Shown here: positions 22,324 to 35,300 of the stretch, one piece after another
How the letters are laid out: every line of letters starts with the position of its first letter
Numbering within the stretch: position 1 is the first letter of the stretch
The notes under the pieces: generated by a model
Seen by the model: the letters and a program-made list of their open reading frames with translations, nothing else
Databases searched by the model: none
What the model was told of the DNA's origin: nothing
Source: Azolla caroliniana
Lineage: Eukaryota; Plantae; Polypodiophyta
Assembly (NCBI GenBank): GCA_043228905.1
Contig: JBHGNT010000012.1
Location: forward strand, 7,750,001-7,814,000
Direction of reading: 5' to 3'
Length of the DNA: 64,000 bases
Translations under genes and position numbers: made by a program

Positions 22324-23430
22324 TTACACAAGGAATTCGAGAAGCTTGACGGCATTGCGCCGAGCACGGTCGGTTCCACGGTGGGAGAGGGTGAAGACGG
22401 GTTCGAAGGCACCAAAGGTAAGTAAGGAGGAGGAAATAGATGGGGAGTGATGGCAAAGTAGGAGGAGCAGGGCGAGCGCGAATTCCGTGGAAGAAGGCGA
22501 GTAGTAGTTTCCAGATGGGGTACTAGTAGTAGTAGTACCAATACCTCCGAAAGTGTCATTATTCGGGTCATGATGATGGTTGCTAGTAGAGTCATGGAGG
22601 ATCTGGCAAAGGGCGGGGAGGGCGGACGGGTTGCGGAGGAGGGAGGAGCAGCCGTTCGGGCGGCGGCAAAGGGCGGTGAGGAGGGCGAGCCCTTCATTTA
22701 CTAAGAGGCAAGTGCCGGCCCCGGGCCCCCCACTAGCCGATGGGTCATTGGAAATGAGAGCGAGCGAGGCATCGATGGCGCCCGACGCGATGGCCGCACG
22801 GTGGGCTGCCCGCCCACCCGTCTCGAGGAGGCTATATATGGCCGAGGCCGCATCACGGTGCGCACGAGCGCCCGTGTTAAGCCTTAGGATCGAGACGAGC
22901 CCCTCCATGAGGGGAAGCCCAACATTGGGGCCAAGTATATGCATGCCATCATCATCATCATCATCATCATGAAGGAGTAGACTTATGCTACTACTGTTGG
23001 TTCCCTTATTCTTATTGGTCTTGCTCAATTTGCTTGACATGCTAGACTTGCACAAATTGCAGATGAGGGCTGCACAATTCTCCCTAGCTTCCATGGAGGC
23101 CCCTTTGGACAAGACATGGGAAAAGGCATCGATGGCGCCTCGGGTGGAGGCTATGCGGGATCGGTTGGATTCATTCCGGAGCGAGAGATTGAAGAGGGTT
23201 GTGACGGCATGGGTTTGGGTCTCGGGGTCTTGGGCGGAGAGGAGCTCGATAAGGCACGGGATCGTGTCCGTGTGCGCCCCGATCGAGGATCGGTTCGAGG
23301 AGCTCGACTTGGTGAGCCGGCGGAGCTCCCGAGCCGCTTCTCTCCGATCCTCGGCCGGGACACCGCTGCCCCGGAGGGCGAGCACGAGGCGATGGAGATT
23401 ACTAGTGTTATGATCAAGGGTCTCATCCAT
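22324..23430 (-). CDS. Armadillo (ARM)-repeat protein, PUB-like ARM region without U-box, intronless, 368 aa
   Basis: REAARELRRLTK, IPCLIELL...TQTHAVTTLFNLS, EARENCAALICNL, RDAASAIYSL, GTDRARRNAVKLL match plant U-box/ARM C-terminal repeats; clean GC-rich ORF with a CT-rich leader. Confidence 0.9.
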   Translation of the reverse strand: MDETLDHNTSNLHRLVLALRGSGVPAEDRREAARELRRLTKSSSSNRSSIGAHTDTIPCLIELLSAQDPETQTHAVTTLFNLSLRNESNRSRIASTRGAIDAFSHVLSKGASMEARENCAALICNLCKSSMSSKLSKTNKNKGTNSSSISLLLHDDDDDDDGMHILGPNVGLPLMEGLVSILRLNTGARAHRDAASAIYSLLETGGRAAHRAAIASGAIDASLALISNDPSASGGPGAGTCLLVNEGLALLTALCRRPNGCSSLLRNPSALPALCQILHDSTSNHHHDPNNDTFGGIGTTTTSTPSGNYYSPSSTEFALALLLLLCHHSPSISSSLLTFGAFEPVFTLSHRGTDRARRNAVKLLEFLV

Positions 23431-23630
23431 GTCCCTTTTTTTCTGTGTGTTTTTTTACCTCTCTTGTTTTTAGGGTTGGAAGATGATTCTTATGGCTAGG
23501 GTTTCTGTGGAAAGGAGTGATCTTGAGAGTGCCATGGAGCCTCTCAGATCCGATCCTCTAGGACACATACATATGTATACATCATATATGGAAGAAAGAT
23601 ACAAGAAATGTGTGAAGAAACAAAAAGAGA

Positions 23631-23671
<41 letters not shown>

Positions 23672-25899
23672 GAAAGAATAATAAACATGGGAAGTGTTTA
23701 TTATAGATTTAATACACAATTTGAATTTTCATCACTAAATTATGGTAGAGTTCCTCTTGGGGTGTGCCTCTCTCTTTTGTCTCTCTATCTCTCTCATGGA
23801 CGGACACACCAAACTAAGCGTTTCTTTCGTCCACCCGACCATATCGACCAACTCGGCCATGTGAAAATAAAAGGACTCAACTAAAGACCGCCCAACCAAA
23901 GATTAAGCATTATGGGTCATTGCGGAATTGCCCCGCCCATAAAACTGGTTCTGCTACGAAAGCAACAGGAGCTTCCCATAACCCTCTAAATCAAATCCTT
24001 GTCTTAACAAGCAATCGTCGGAGCACGAAATGTCCTCCAACCTTGCACCGACTGGACACACGGATCGAGAATGTGAAAAGGAAAACCATTGGAACCCAAT
24101 GAACTTCCTTCGAGACTAGACGTGCCCATGATTAATAAAAGAAAACATCGGGGCAAGGAAATCTGTAGAAATGTTTCGGATGATGATCTGTCGTATGACA
24201 AAAAAAGGTTTGCACCATAGATGTAAGGATGTGGGGTGTTCACAACATGGGGCATAAAATGTGCTATAGATGATCAATCTTTTCACACACGTAGGTATCG
24301 GAACCTTGACGCAAACCACACAACTCATCATGTGAACTTTCAATCGACTATATAGGCCTTTGAGCATCCGTAGAAGTATATTATTTCACAACCATGATAT
24401 GAGCATAATGGATAGAAGAGTCTCAAACAAAGAACGCTTTATTGAAAGTAATACTACAATAAAAGTAAAAAGAAAAACATTATGATTCGCATAGAGTGTA
24501 TCATTAACCGATCTCTTCTCTTAAGTTGTGTGAACACCAATCCTTTGAGAAGAAGCCTACTTTTGTCGACTTTTTTATAGTGACCTGACCAATCATTTCC
24601 ACCTTTTCTACCAAACTTTAAACTGTGACCTTCACCTGATAACATTCAATCCTTCAAGTTTCCTTGCTATCCTTTTTATGTGTCTAACCATTCATCTATC
24701 TACAACTTTGCACACACATATATTCCGTGTTATCGACATAAAAAGTTTGAGCCACTACACCTAATCAAACGTTTTTGTCTTGTGTACATGAGTTAAGGAA
24801 AAGACAATGAATGCATTTTATCTAGAACCTATGAGATTACATACCTAAGCTAGAAATCATGGAGGAAAATATGGGTAGGTGCGGGTGGGTGCAATCACAA
24901 GTATATAACTTTTAGATCCCTATTTTATGTTCTCAATAGAATAGACTTCTATTAATCGATGGATTTCTAATATTAAATCAATTTTACATATAACATAAAA
25001 ACCAAATCCAAGAATTTCAAGTCCCATTATACATCAATCCTTTCCAAGAGCTTTATTTGGCCCGAAAGTTTTTGGAAAAAACTAATGATAGTAGAATTTA
25101 CATTTTATACTCCCAAATGTAATTCATACAAAAAATGTAGAGAGATGTTCCAAACTTTTTACAAATAATAAATAAAATATCCGACGACAATATCATCTAA
25201 TAAAACACTTATTTATTTTGTTTTTCACTCCATGATATATTAAAAAGAACAGGTAGTACAAAGGATAAAGCTCGACCTTTTCTATAAAGTACTGCTCATT
25301 TATAGGTGGATAACGTGCAGGCGGCCTTAATGGGATCATACTAAGGAGTATCATTTCATTGAAGCCTTTAGGGATAGCCAGCCACATTGTTGGTTCATTT
25401 GAGATAAACATGCTATCAAGAATCATCACATAGCGCTTACATATTGATCATGCTCTCATAGTATATGGGATTAATCAATTATTAAAGTCAAGGAATTACA
25501 TCCACGCCAAACACATTTATGGAGGCTAGTCAAATTGTTTGTGTTAAGATAAGTCTAACATAATATTCGTTGGATTCTTCAGGGCATTGGGTTGGAAATA
25601 CCAATATCATCATAGTCGATTTGGATGTTCGCGTGATATCTTGGGGAATTTCGATCAATTTTTATGTGGTTGAAATCACAATTATATGCAACAGTTGTCT
25701 ACGTTTGTAGAATATATTGGCTAACAAGTAAACCTTTGCCAATTATCAAGATTCAAAAATCCTGATATGGGATATAACACACATTAATGCACAACATCCC
25801 TCACAAAAAGTATGGTCTTCAGTGGACCTTGTCTAGACTTCTCACATAACCTTGAATATGAAAAGAAGGATATATGAATTAATAAAGTACAAATACATA

Positions 25900-27300
25900 A
25901 GGATGATGGAGTTCTTCAAAGAGGGATGGGTGTTGAATTGCATTGCACCTTTATACAAAATTTAAAGGCCCATGGCTTGATCCGATTTTGGTGGGGATTC
26001 AACCCACTTCATAAGTACAAAGTGACATTTTGTCTAATTTAATATATGATTTCGTCAAGGTTTTATGATAAGTGCTATCCTTTTAATTAAGAGAAGGCAT
26101 TCAACTCAGACCTTTCCAAGTAATCTAAAAATTACTCGTCTTATGTGGGTTTGTGTTGAATTCTTAATTGACATAGGTTATTTTTCATGAATGAGTTGTG
26201 CCCATTTGTAAGTCAAACTAGAAGAACAATAAGGTTCAAGCTTGTACAAACATATTGCCCCTATCGAATGACTAGGCTAACATACAAAAGAAATATAAGT
26301 GGAATAAAAATGTGAGAACGTTGCCTATGAGTTAGATATGCCATGCTATTGGAGGGATCTCAGAGAGAATTGAGGTAATTTAGGAGGTTTGAGAATACGA
26401 AAGAAGCCTTCCACATGAAATAACTTGGAGCATGGCAAGGGGATGCATAAAGGTAGTAGTAGGAATCCAATTTCCATATATTTTCAAGTAAATTATACAT
26501 TGAATGTCATGATAGGAAATCTTAGGCCTTTATGCTTGTTGGCAGAAGATCGAAGATATTAGAGAAAAGTTTAAGATTGATATTTTGATCATTATGGTTT
26601 CCTTTTGAGCCAAACCTTAGTGGCCATAATGTTGGTGACATGGCTTCCCTTTAGCCCACATAGGGGCTTCAATGGGTCCCATGATGTCCAAGTTCAACTA
26701 ATCTCCCCTCAAGGGACTATCTCAACCATATCATCCAACCTACCAACACTTTGTTCCCATTGCACGATTATACTATTGCATGAATTTCCATGTCCCCTCA
26801 TTGTTTATCGAGGGCTACAAACCTAATCTATTGTCAGTACCAACTAGCTAGGACACTTTTATATTTTATTGTTCTCTTTGCCAAATTCATAGAACATGTA
26901 TGAGGAAAGGGAGATTGAAAGGAGTTGGGGGTGTTTATCTAAAAATATATTGTCATCTTAATTAAATGGTAGACATATTTTATGCAATTGATGTGAAGCT
27001 TGGTATTCTTGCGACTAGACTATTAAGGAGCAATCATCTAATAACTTGGTCGTTATCATTAAAAATAGGTAAGTTAGGGGTCCACAAGGTATGAAATATA
27101 CGTGATCCACACAAGACCTAGAATTAAGTAAGCATATGTTTAATATAGCTATTCTATGTTAGTGCATTGAAAGTTCAAATATTGTTAATATAGTTTTATA
27201 ATTGTTACAAGGTGCTTCTTAAAGAAAGGTCATCTTATACGTAGTGGTGTAGTGTTCCCTTATGCATTGCAAACCCCAAATAACTCTATCCATACATTGG
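25900..27300 (+). mobile_element. Possible highly decayed CACTA-like transposase relic
   Basis: Only scattered motif remnants (GFNP ~25995, CPIC-like ~26200, LPFSPHRGFNG ~26645) in CACTA Tnp2 order; no ORF, no TIRs seen. Confidence 0.25.
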
Positions 27301-29194
27301 AAAACCCATTTCGATTTCCTTTGAATTATACATTCTCGAGACTATTATTTCGAAAAGAAAAATATGGTTGAAGGAAAATATTGTTTCAAGAAATTCCTAA
27401 CCATGCATTTTTCTTCAATTTAAGCATTCGGTACTAATCCTTCAAATTTGACATATTCCAAAACCATACTATATCGCGGCACACACAACAAACAAACAAA
27501 GTTGACATTCGCCAATCAAAGAAACAAAATTGGTTTTTCTCAAGCCCTGTCCAAGTGTCGTCACAATATGAACTACCCAAATATATGATGCCCCTCATAA
27601 AAGTTATGAAAATATGTAACGTAGAAACTCCCTAGAGAAATTAGACATAATTGAATTGATAAAAGATTATCATTAATGGTTAATTAGAATCCCCTACCTT
27701 CCATAAAATAGTTATTACTATTTCGGCAATCTCATGGAATGAAATAGAGAAAATATAAACAAAATTTGTGTACCACTATTAAAGGATAGATGTAATGCTT
27801 CTAGAAACTAGAGAAATATTAGTTGCGTTCAATGCCGTTTAAAGAGATTGCAACATATTGAAAGTAAGCACAATGGCCCGAAATCACTTTCCCAAGTCCG
27901 TGTGGGAAATTAGATGCTAAATTTTTATACACAAAATAGTACAAGAGAACATGAGTCCATGTTTTATATACTCAACCATCCTAAAAAGCCTCCTTATGAA
28001 ATGGAGAATAACCAAACATATATCTAAATTCTAACTACCATTACAACAACATAAATTGATGTGCACATGCTTTGAGCTCACATACATTAAAAATAGAAAT
28101 TGGGGATTGGTGTAATATAGGGCACAAAATCAAAATGTCTTACCTATGTTGTCTCAACATACTAGAAAGAAGAGAACATCTTGACGTGATATTCCGGAAT
28201 TTCTACACGATCTTACTACCTTTCAACAACGGATAATGAAGACACAACTATTGTCAATGACATAAAGCACAATCTTCAGAACATCACAACAATGAAATTT
28301 GGCGAGGAGCGTAGTTCCTTCATTCCAAGTTTTAGTTTTACTTTTTGATCCCATGGACCTTGTTTCCTTGTGGATGTTCATTATTATGATCATTGCCGTA
28401 TTGCTTTTTTTTGTATCGTATTGTGTTTATCCTAATGGTGGTTATTGGTCTATTAAACCATAATCCTTATTTTCACACATCATTGCTACACCATATATCA
28501 CTTCCCCAAAACGACAAGCTACATTAGAATATTAAACTAACAACCTCAAAGTCTTCAAACAAGTAATGCAACCATCACAACTACAGCTCAATCGACATCA
28601 TCTCTAGGATGTCGTTAGTGTCCACTACACTAGCCATGTTGTCTCTCTCTGGAATGCTCCATATACTATGACATCATTCAAACATTTCAAAAGTTCCTGC
28701 AAGGTAGTACTAGCTTTCAAGAATTTACGAGGATGTAACCAAAGTCGACAACACTAGGGAGGCTCATTGCTCATCTACTTGACCACGTGACCAAACCCAT
28801 GGGAGATCGAAATAATGAAATTAGGAAACAATGTAAGCTTTTCCGTTAAACTTTTAGTTTTTCTTTTTGCTCTACAATTTTTAAGTCCCCCATGTTGAGA
28901 GAGCTTTTCGATGGTTGGTTCCATCAGTCATATTGATCGCTTTGTCAATGTTAATATATCATCATATTGTTTCTTTCATAATTAATATATCATCATCATC
29001 ATCTCTTTCTCTTTATCAATGCGTTGACATCAAAGAACTTGACGGTGTGCTTGCTAAGACATCGAAGAACTATCCTCTTTCAAGACTAACCCACCTTTAC
29101 AAAAATCTTGCCAACCCAATACCAAAGAAAATATACAAGTAGTCTATTAGATGCCATGTCCTAAATAGAGGCTTTTATGTTGAACCACTTTTAC

Positions 29195-29600
29195 TGTTAC
29201 GGGCATGACCATATAATATCCCGTGGTGAGAATTTAGCGTAGTATTCTATACACGTGGATAAGTGCGAGGGTTAAACGAGAGTGTAAAGAAGGGGATGAT
29301 TACTTTTAAATCCTCGGAATTGAGACAACCCATTAGGCCAAGTGTGAACATGGCTAGGGGCCTTGGGTATCGCTATAAATAGAGGCCTAGCTACCCTCAT
29401 TTCATCATCTTGTTGACTACGTCGAGACTCTATCTTGTGGTGGGTCAACTCTTGTAGTGAGCGCGCCAACACCAGGTACGACTCAACGCCATGGTGGTGG
29501 TATGGGACGCCGATCGAGGCTCGAGTTCATCTCGATCCCTTCGCTCGGGAGTGGTCGAGTGGATCGACACCCTTCTTTCTCTCTCCCTCCTTTCTTTCTA
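29195..29600 (+). repeat. LTR-like dispersed repeat (second copy at 46629-47024)
   Basis: Starts TGTTACGGGCA, TATAAAT at ~29374; ~400 bp align clearly with 46629-47024. Right end uncertain (possibly 29672); no TSD found. Confidence 0.75.
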
Positions 29601-30406
29601 TCTACCTAGATCTATCCTTATCTAATGCTTACTTTAGTACGTGTCTCTAATATTTACCCTCTCATCCTTTCAACTATGACTTCTACATAGTAGCATTTTA
29701 GGATCTCTTTGTATTAGACATTGTGATTATGAATCTACTCTATGGTTTAGTACAAAGAGATCCTAGAACAGTACTATGTCACTCTAGAGACTTGCAAATT
29801 ACATTACTCATGTCATAAGAGCTGATTTTATGATCTAATCCATCATTACTCACCTCCAAGAACTCCTTGATGATGCTTTGCTTAGACGGATATAAGTAAT
29901 GTGATATATAGACTCATTTGTGAGGATGCCAATAGGGATACATTTTAATGCTCTACTATTAAGCGACACTCCCTAATTGTATTTTTTTGTACAATTGCAT
30001 TTTGCATAATACAACTCTAGTTCAATTATCTCAATGAATTCCAATGTAGTTCATATTTAAGCTATGTGAGGTTTGATGACACTAAACTATGATATCACGA
30101 TTCCTAACATACATGGACCTCATAGTCAATCTTGGCCTCTTTAGAGACGATAATATAATATCTATTTATCTTTATCACAAAAGTAGATATACTCTCCTCC
30201 ATTCTTCTCTTTAATTGATAAGGAGAGGGTTGTGAAGTTAGTGTAATTTAAAAATGACAACTCACATTACTTTTGGGCTGGCATGGGAAACAAGAAGGGG
30301 TTCAAAAGATATACCAAAAGAATATGGATGTTGTAATGACCAATGGATGCATAAGACATGCATAAATGATTTGGACGATGGGATGCATTCCACTTGCTTT
30401 ATCATG

Positions 30407-30441
<35 letters not shown>

Positions 30442-30480
30442 TTGAATAAATGAGGATTTTTGCAATGTTGATGTACCTAA

Positions 30481-30954
30481 CAATAGGCAACGGTTCGGTT
30501 CGGTTCGAGAGGGTCCAAACCAAATCGGTTTGAAACCGAACCGTTAAAATTGTTTGAAACCTTAACCGAACTGAACTGAACACGAAATTGTTAAACCGAA
30601 CCATTAAAAAAAATTCAAACCATTAAGCCATTAAACTGGTAAAATTGTGGTTTCATGGTTCGGTTTCAATTTTTAGCTTTAAAATTAAAAAAAAAATCAT
30701 TATTTAAAATTTTTAAAATTTAAAGATTTTCCTAAAATGTGAGAATAAGGCATGAAAACGAAAAGATTGTTTAAAAACAAAATTTTAAATTTGGTTTAAT
30801 CTTTAAAATAAAAAATAAAAAATAAAAAACAAAAAACCGCCAAACCGCCAAACCGTTTAAACCACGGTTTCTAACGGTTGAAACCGAACCATTAAAAAAA
30901 CTCAAACCGTTCAAACCGTTTAGTTGCAGTTTTGTGGTTCGGCATTGCCAATTG
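30481..30954. mobile_element. MITE / non-autonomous DNA transposon
   Basis: Imperfect 12-bp TIR CAATAGGCAACG / CATTGCCAATTG, many subterminal AAACCG/CGGTT motifs, AT-rich core; no clean TSD. Confidence 0.65.
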
Positions 30955-31839
30955 TGAGATGTACCATGACTCTAGGAGATGTAAAGGTTCACAATTCGTG
31001 CAATATATTACAAATGTTTCTAGAAACTTCAAAACCTCTTTTTTTTCTACAAATGGGGAAACCATACTCCCCCATACAATGTTAGAGCATGTGCCATTCT
31101 TCACCATCCATACCATCGTTTCCATATAACCTAGCTCACATTTTGTTTGATGCAAGATAGATGTTGGGGCTTTTGATGAGGTGACTCACTCACTATGCAT
31201 GTTTTTCCTTGAACAAGTTCTTCTTGGTAGAAATATCTATTGTATAGACTATATTCAATAAAGCAAAGATATGGATTATTCTTGATAATATGTAGTTGGA
31301 TCTACCATTTAGGTGCTCGATGTTTTGTGTGTAAAGAATAAATGTAACCTTACATAACAAATTCTCGTCTCGAACAAAATGAAGAGAAAAATACTTACGG
31401 ATATATTGATATACAAAAGGTGCCCTCTATGATCGTGCTTCTAAAGTTGAAACTCTCACTGAAACGTCGAGTGAGTAAATAATGAACTAAAAAGTGCTTC
31501 TATGGATGGAAAGTTCAAGGTTAATGTCGAGAGATACTTCGATGAATGTCAAGAGTGTCGACATGCTTCTTGCAAACGATGTAACCTTTATTTATGGAAT
31601 GTCGTAAATGGTTTCACATTTAGAAAACACCATAGGAATGTGCGAGATTGACTATCTGCAGAAAAGTAGCAGGGAATGTGACAAGGGGAACGTATGAGAG
31701 TTTCTATGTATTTCCATCGAGTGCCCATGGGAATTGATTGGCTTCGTTTAGAAACGGTACAAGCCATTCGAACAACCAGTTTCATGGTCCATATTTCCAT
31801 CACCCGTTTTCTCAGTTACAAGTGCTATTCAATAAATTT

Positions 31840-32003
31840 ATACATACGTATGCGTGTGTGTATGTATGTTATGGTTATCAATAAAATTTATACATATGTA
31901 TGTTATGTATGTATGTATGTATGTATGCGTGTGTGTATGTATGTTATGGTTATCAGTAAATTTATACATATGTATGTTATGTATGTATGCATGCATGCAT
32001 GCA

Positions 32004-32034
<31 letters not shown>

Positions 32035-32125
32035 ATGTATGCATGTATGTATGTATGTATGTATGTATGTATGTATGTATGTATGTATGTATGTATGTAT
32101 GTATGTATGTGTGTGTGTATGTTAT
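31840..32125. repeat. (TATG)n/(TG)n compound microsatellite upstream of the DYW gene
   Basis: Direct reading. Confidence 0.95.
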
Positions 32126-32373
32126 GGTTATGTCATGTCATATTTAGCCAATACATACATATATATGTCAAGGGGGGTATCTCCTTAAGGGGGGGCATAT
32201 TTGGGAAATACAGAAAATACAAGGGTACTTTCAGAGTAAACTAAAACCCGAGGGTTTATGATTTCACAGGGTTTTTAGGGTTTCTGTATCAGACAGACAG
32301 AGACAGAGAGAGAGACAGAGAGAGCGAGACCAGAAGCCCTGTTCTGTGTCAGTGATTTCCAGCAAGCTTAGCT

Positions 32374-35300
32374 ATGGCGACAACGAGGTCTCTGTCTCTA
32401 TCTCGTCTTCTCTCTCATCTGGTATTCTCTTTTCTCACCCCACCTTTCTCCCTCACTCTTTCTTCTTTTGTCCTGTTCCTTTTGGTTTGCAGAGTGACAA
32501 CATAACAGCTACACTTATTTACATCTGTCTGATGAACTCTTGTTTCAGGCAGAGGAGACGAGGAAACCAGTTCTCAATAGAAGCTTTAATGGAGTTTATC
32601 GATCGTTTAGGTCATCCCTGTACCCTTGTTTTCCTAATTGTGTTAATTCTTCGATCGTTTAGGTCATCCATATACCATTGTGTACCTTCTTGTGTTAATT
32701 GTTCTTTGTTTACTGTTTCGTATAGCCCATTGCAAAAAGAGAGATTTAAGAGAGAAGTAGGAAGAAATGGTTTTAGATGAACAACTTGATTGCCACGATC
32801 ATATCCATAACAACGCAGATTAAGTGAAATCTAATAGTGAAATCAAGTCTAAATACAGGGCAATGAACATGATCTGTAGTATGGACACTAACATGGTTAG
32901 TACATGTTTAGGATTCAGATATAGGTTAGAGATGATAAAATGAACATGCTTTTTTTCGGTTGGCCACATGCATTGTTCATACATATTTTCTGGGATTTAG
33001 GGTTTATTATGCAGTCAGGAGTCAGTATATGCTAGAGTTAGGATAATCACCATTTCCTAACCTTTGTTATTCTCAGATCAGCATTAGGCAGCCTTGATAG
33101 ATATATTCTTGACACCAACATAGTCCCTGAACAACTGTAGAGTTTAGAGATTAATATGTAATTATTAGTTAAAACCAATGTAGATGTATATACCAACTAG
33201 TATTTGCAGACATATTGGTCACTCTATAGTATAGTTATGGACTTGTTGTATGAGAAAGTTCTGGGTTTTACGGTTTGCTATGTGATGCGAGAGCTCGAAT
33301 TATAGGCGATAGATAGGAGAATCAGCAGGATAATTGTAGTTCAAATGCTGGTATTGTTCATTTATGTGGCTCCTATAGAGTAATGTTTTGATATTTCTTT
33401 AGGAGTCAAATAAAGGCTGGAGATAGATTAATCAGTTTAATATCTGATTCAGAACCATAAAAGGCTAGCCTGATGGGCAATAACCACCTGTGCTGTATGT
33501 AGCTACAGTCTTGAAACTGACATCGTGCATTAATGACTTCTAGGTTTAGTACATTAACTGTGCATGGTTGCCAATGCAGCCTAAGAGGAAAATATAGGCT
33601 TTGGATAGGCCACTCAGAATCCAGAATCCAAATCTCGGAAAATATGGGCTATGGATATTCCAATCTAGGATGGTGCTATGTACACATACACATTGGCTCT
33701 AGCATTATTAGATGGTGCTATGGTCTGGACTATGCACATACTCATTATCCATGCAAAATTCCTAAGGATGTAGGATTGTAATAAAGGTTACCTTTAGGGC
33801 CGTAAGTAAGCAAGCATTCACGTCTAATGGCACATCTGCTATGGGTAGATATAGTCTGCAGTCTGTATTTTGATTCTTTCCGTGAGTATTTCCCAAATAA
33901 CATGTTTAATATGCAATTGGAAGTCTATTAAAGGTAAAGCTAGGACAATCTTTATTGAGGAGGATTTATGTACACTTGTCCTATGGATAGCTATAGTCTT
34001 GCCATGCAGATATGGATATTGTTTCATACAAAAATACTACGGTCTAGGACATTGTCTTTGCAAAGTGCCTAGGGTCTCTGTGAATATTTCCTAAATAACA
34101 TGTTTAATATGCAATCGGAATTCTATTAAAGGTCAAAGCTAGGACAATCTTTGTCGGGGGGGGATTTATGTGCACTTGTGCTATGCACAGCTATAGTTTT
34201 TCATGCAGACATGGAAATTGTTTCATGCAAAAATCCTAGGGTCTAGGACATCATTCTTCCAAAGAATTTTCAATGCCTAGTTCCTAGAGATTAGGGTTCA
34301 ATATATCAGCTAACAGCCTAATATATGCAAGATGCAGTCCATCCTGCATCTGGATGGTGTTATGGCCACTTATGGCATGGCTAGCGATAATTTGAGTTAT
34401 GCACAGGGACATTTTCTACAGGTAATTTTTATATGTAAAAATGGATTACAATCAATTATTGAAGGTACCGAGTCATTGCAACACCCCTACCTTGGTTACC
34501 AAATCTATATGCTGTTATAACAGCTTGAGCACGTGTAAAGGGTTTAGGGTTTAACATGAGTTTTAGGAATCTTGTAATGCTAGAGATCTGAAGTCTAATA
34601 TGGAATAAGAAGTCTGGAAAAGGTCAAGGGGTAGGCCAAACAGCATTTGGCAGCCTTATGGCCAATTGATCTATTCATTGCTATAGTAACCTGCACATCT
34701 GCATTTTCCTTGAGCGCATTTCCTAGGGTTTATCATCTAATATTTGATTAGGAGTCTAATAAATCTAGAGATAGGAAAATAAGCATTTGTGTGTCTAGTG
34801 ATCACTTGCACTATGGATAAATACAATCTAGATGTGGATACTGGATATCAACTCTTCTAGGGTGTTGGAATGTTATCCATGCATAGTTCTGAGATTAAGG
34901 GTTTAATGTGAGATGTTTTGAGTCAATGTAAGCTAGGCGTGAGCATATCAGTGTGAATAGCTATAGTTGGGATTCTGTACTTGTGCATTATCAATGAAGA
35001 GTTCCTAGATTTTAGGTGTCTTGTTACAGATTTTTCTATTCTTCCCATTCGCTACATGAACACATCCACAATCTAGTGATGTACCATGGCAGTGACCATG
35101 GATATGACTTTTACAATATACTAGACTCTCCCCACAGGTCGTACTAAGGACTCGTATAGATTGTATCGGATGCTCATAAGCCTGCAAGTAGGAGAGTCTG
35201 ATCTATTGTTATATAGTTTCTTTCAGTAGTTATAGATAATAGAGATCAACATGTAATGGAGACTCTGTTTATTGAGGGGGTTGTGAAATCTATGTGTCCT

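Noticed and set aside
22580-23499. ORFs antisense to the ARM gene
   Set aside because: Explained by GC-rich codon usage on the opposite strand.
31694-32244. ORFs with MYVC/CMYV repeats
   Set aside because: Translations of the (TATG)n microsatellite.
32270-34555. TTTAGGG motifs as interstitial telomere
   Set aside because: Only 1-2 units at a time (telo-box-like), not an array.
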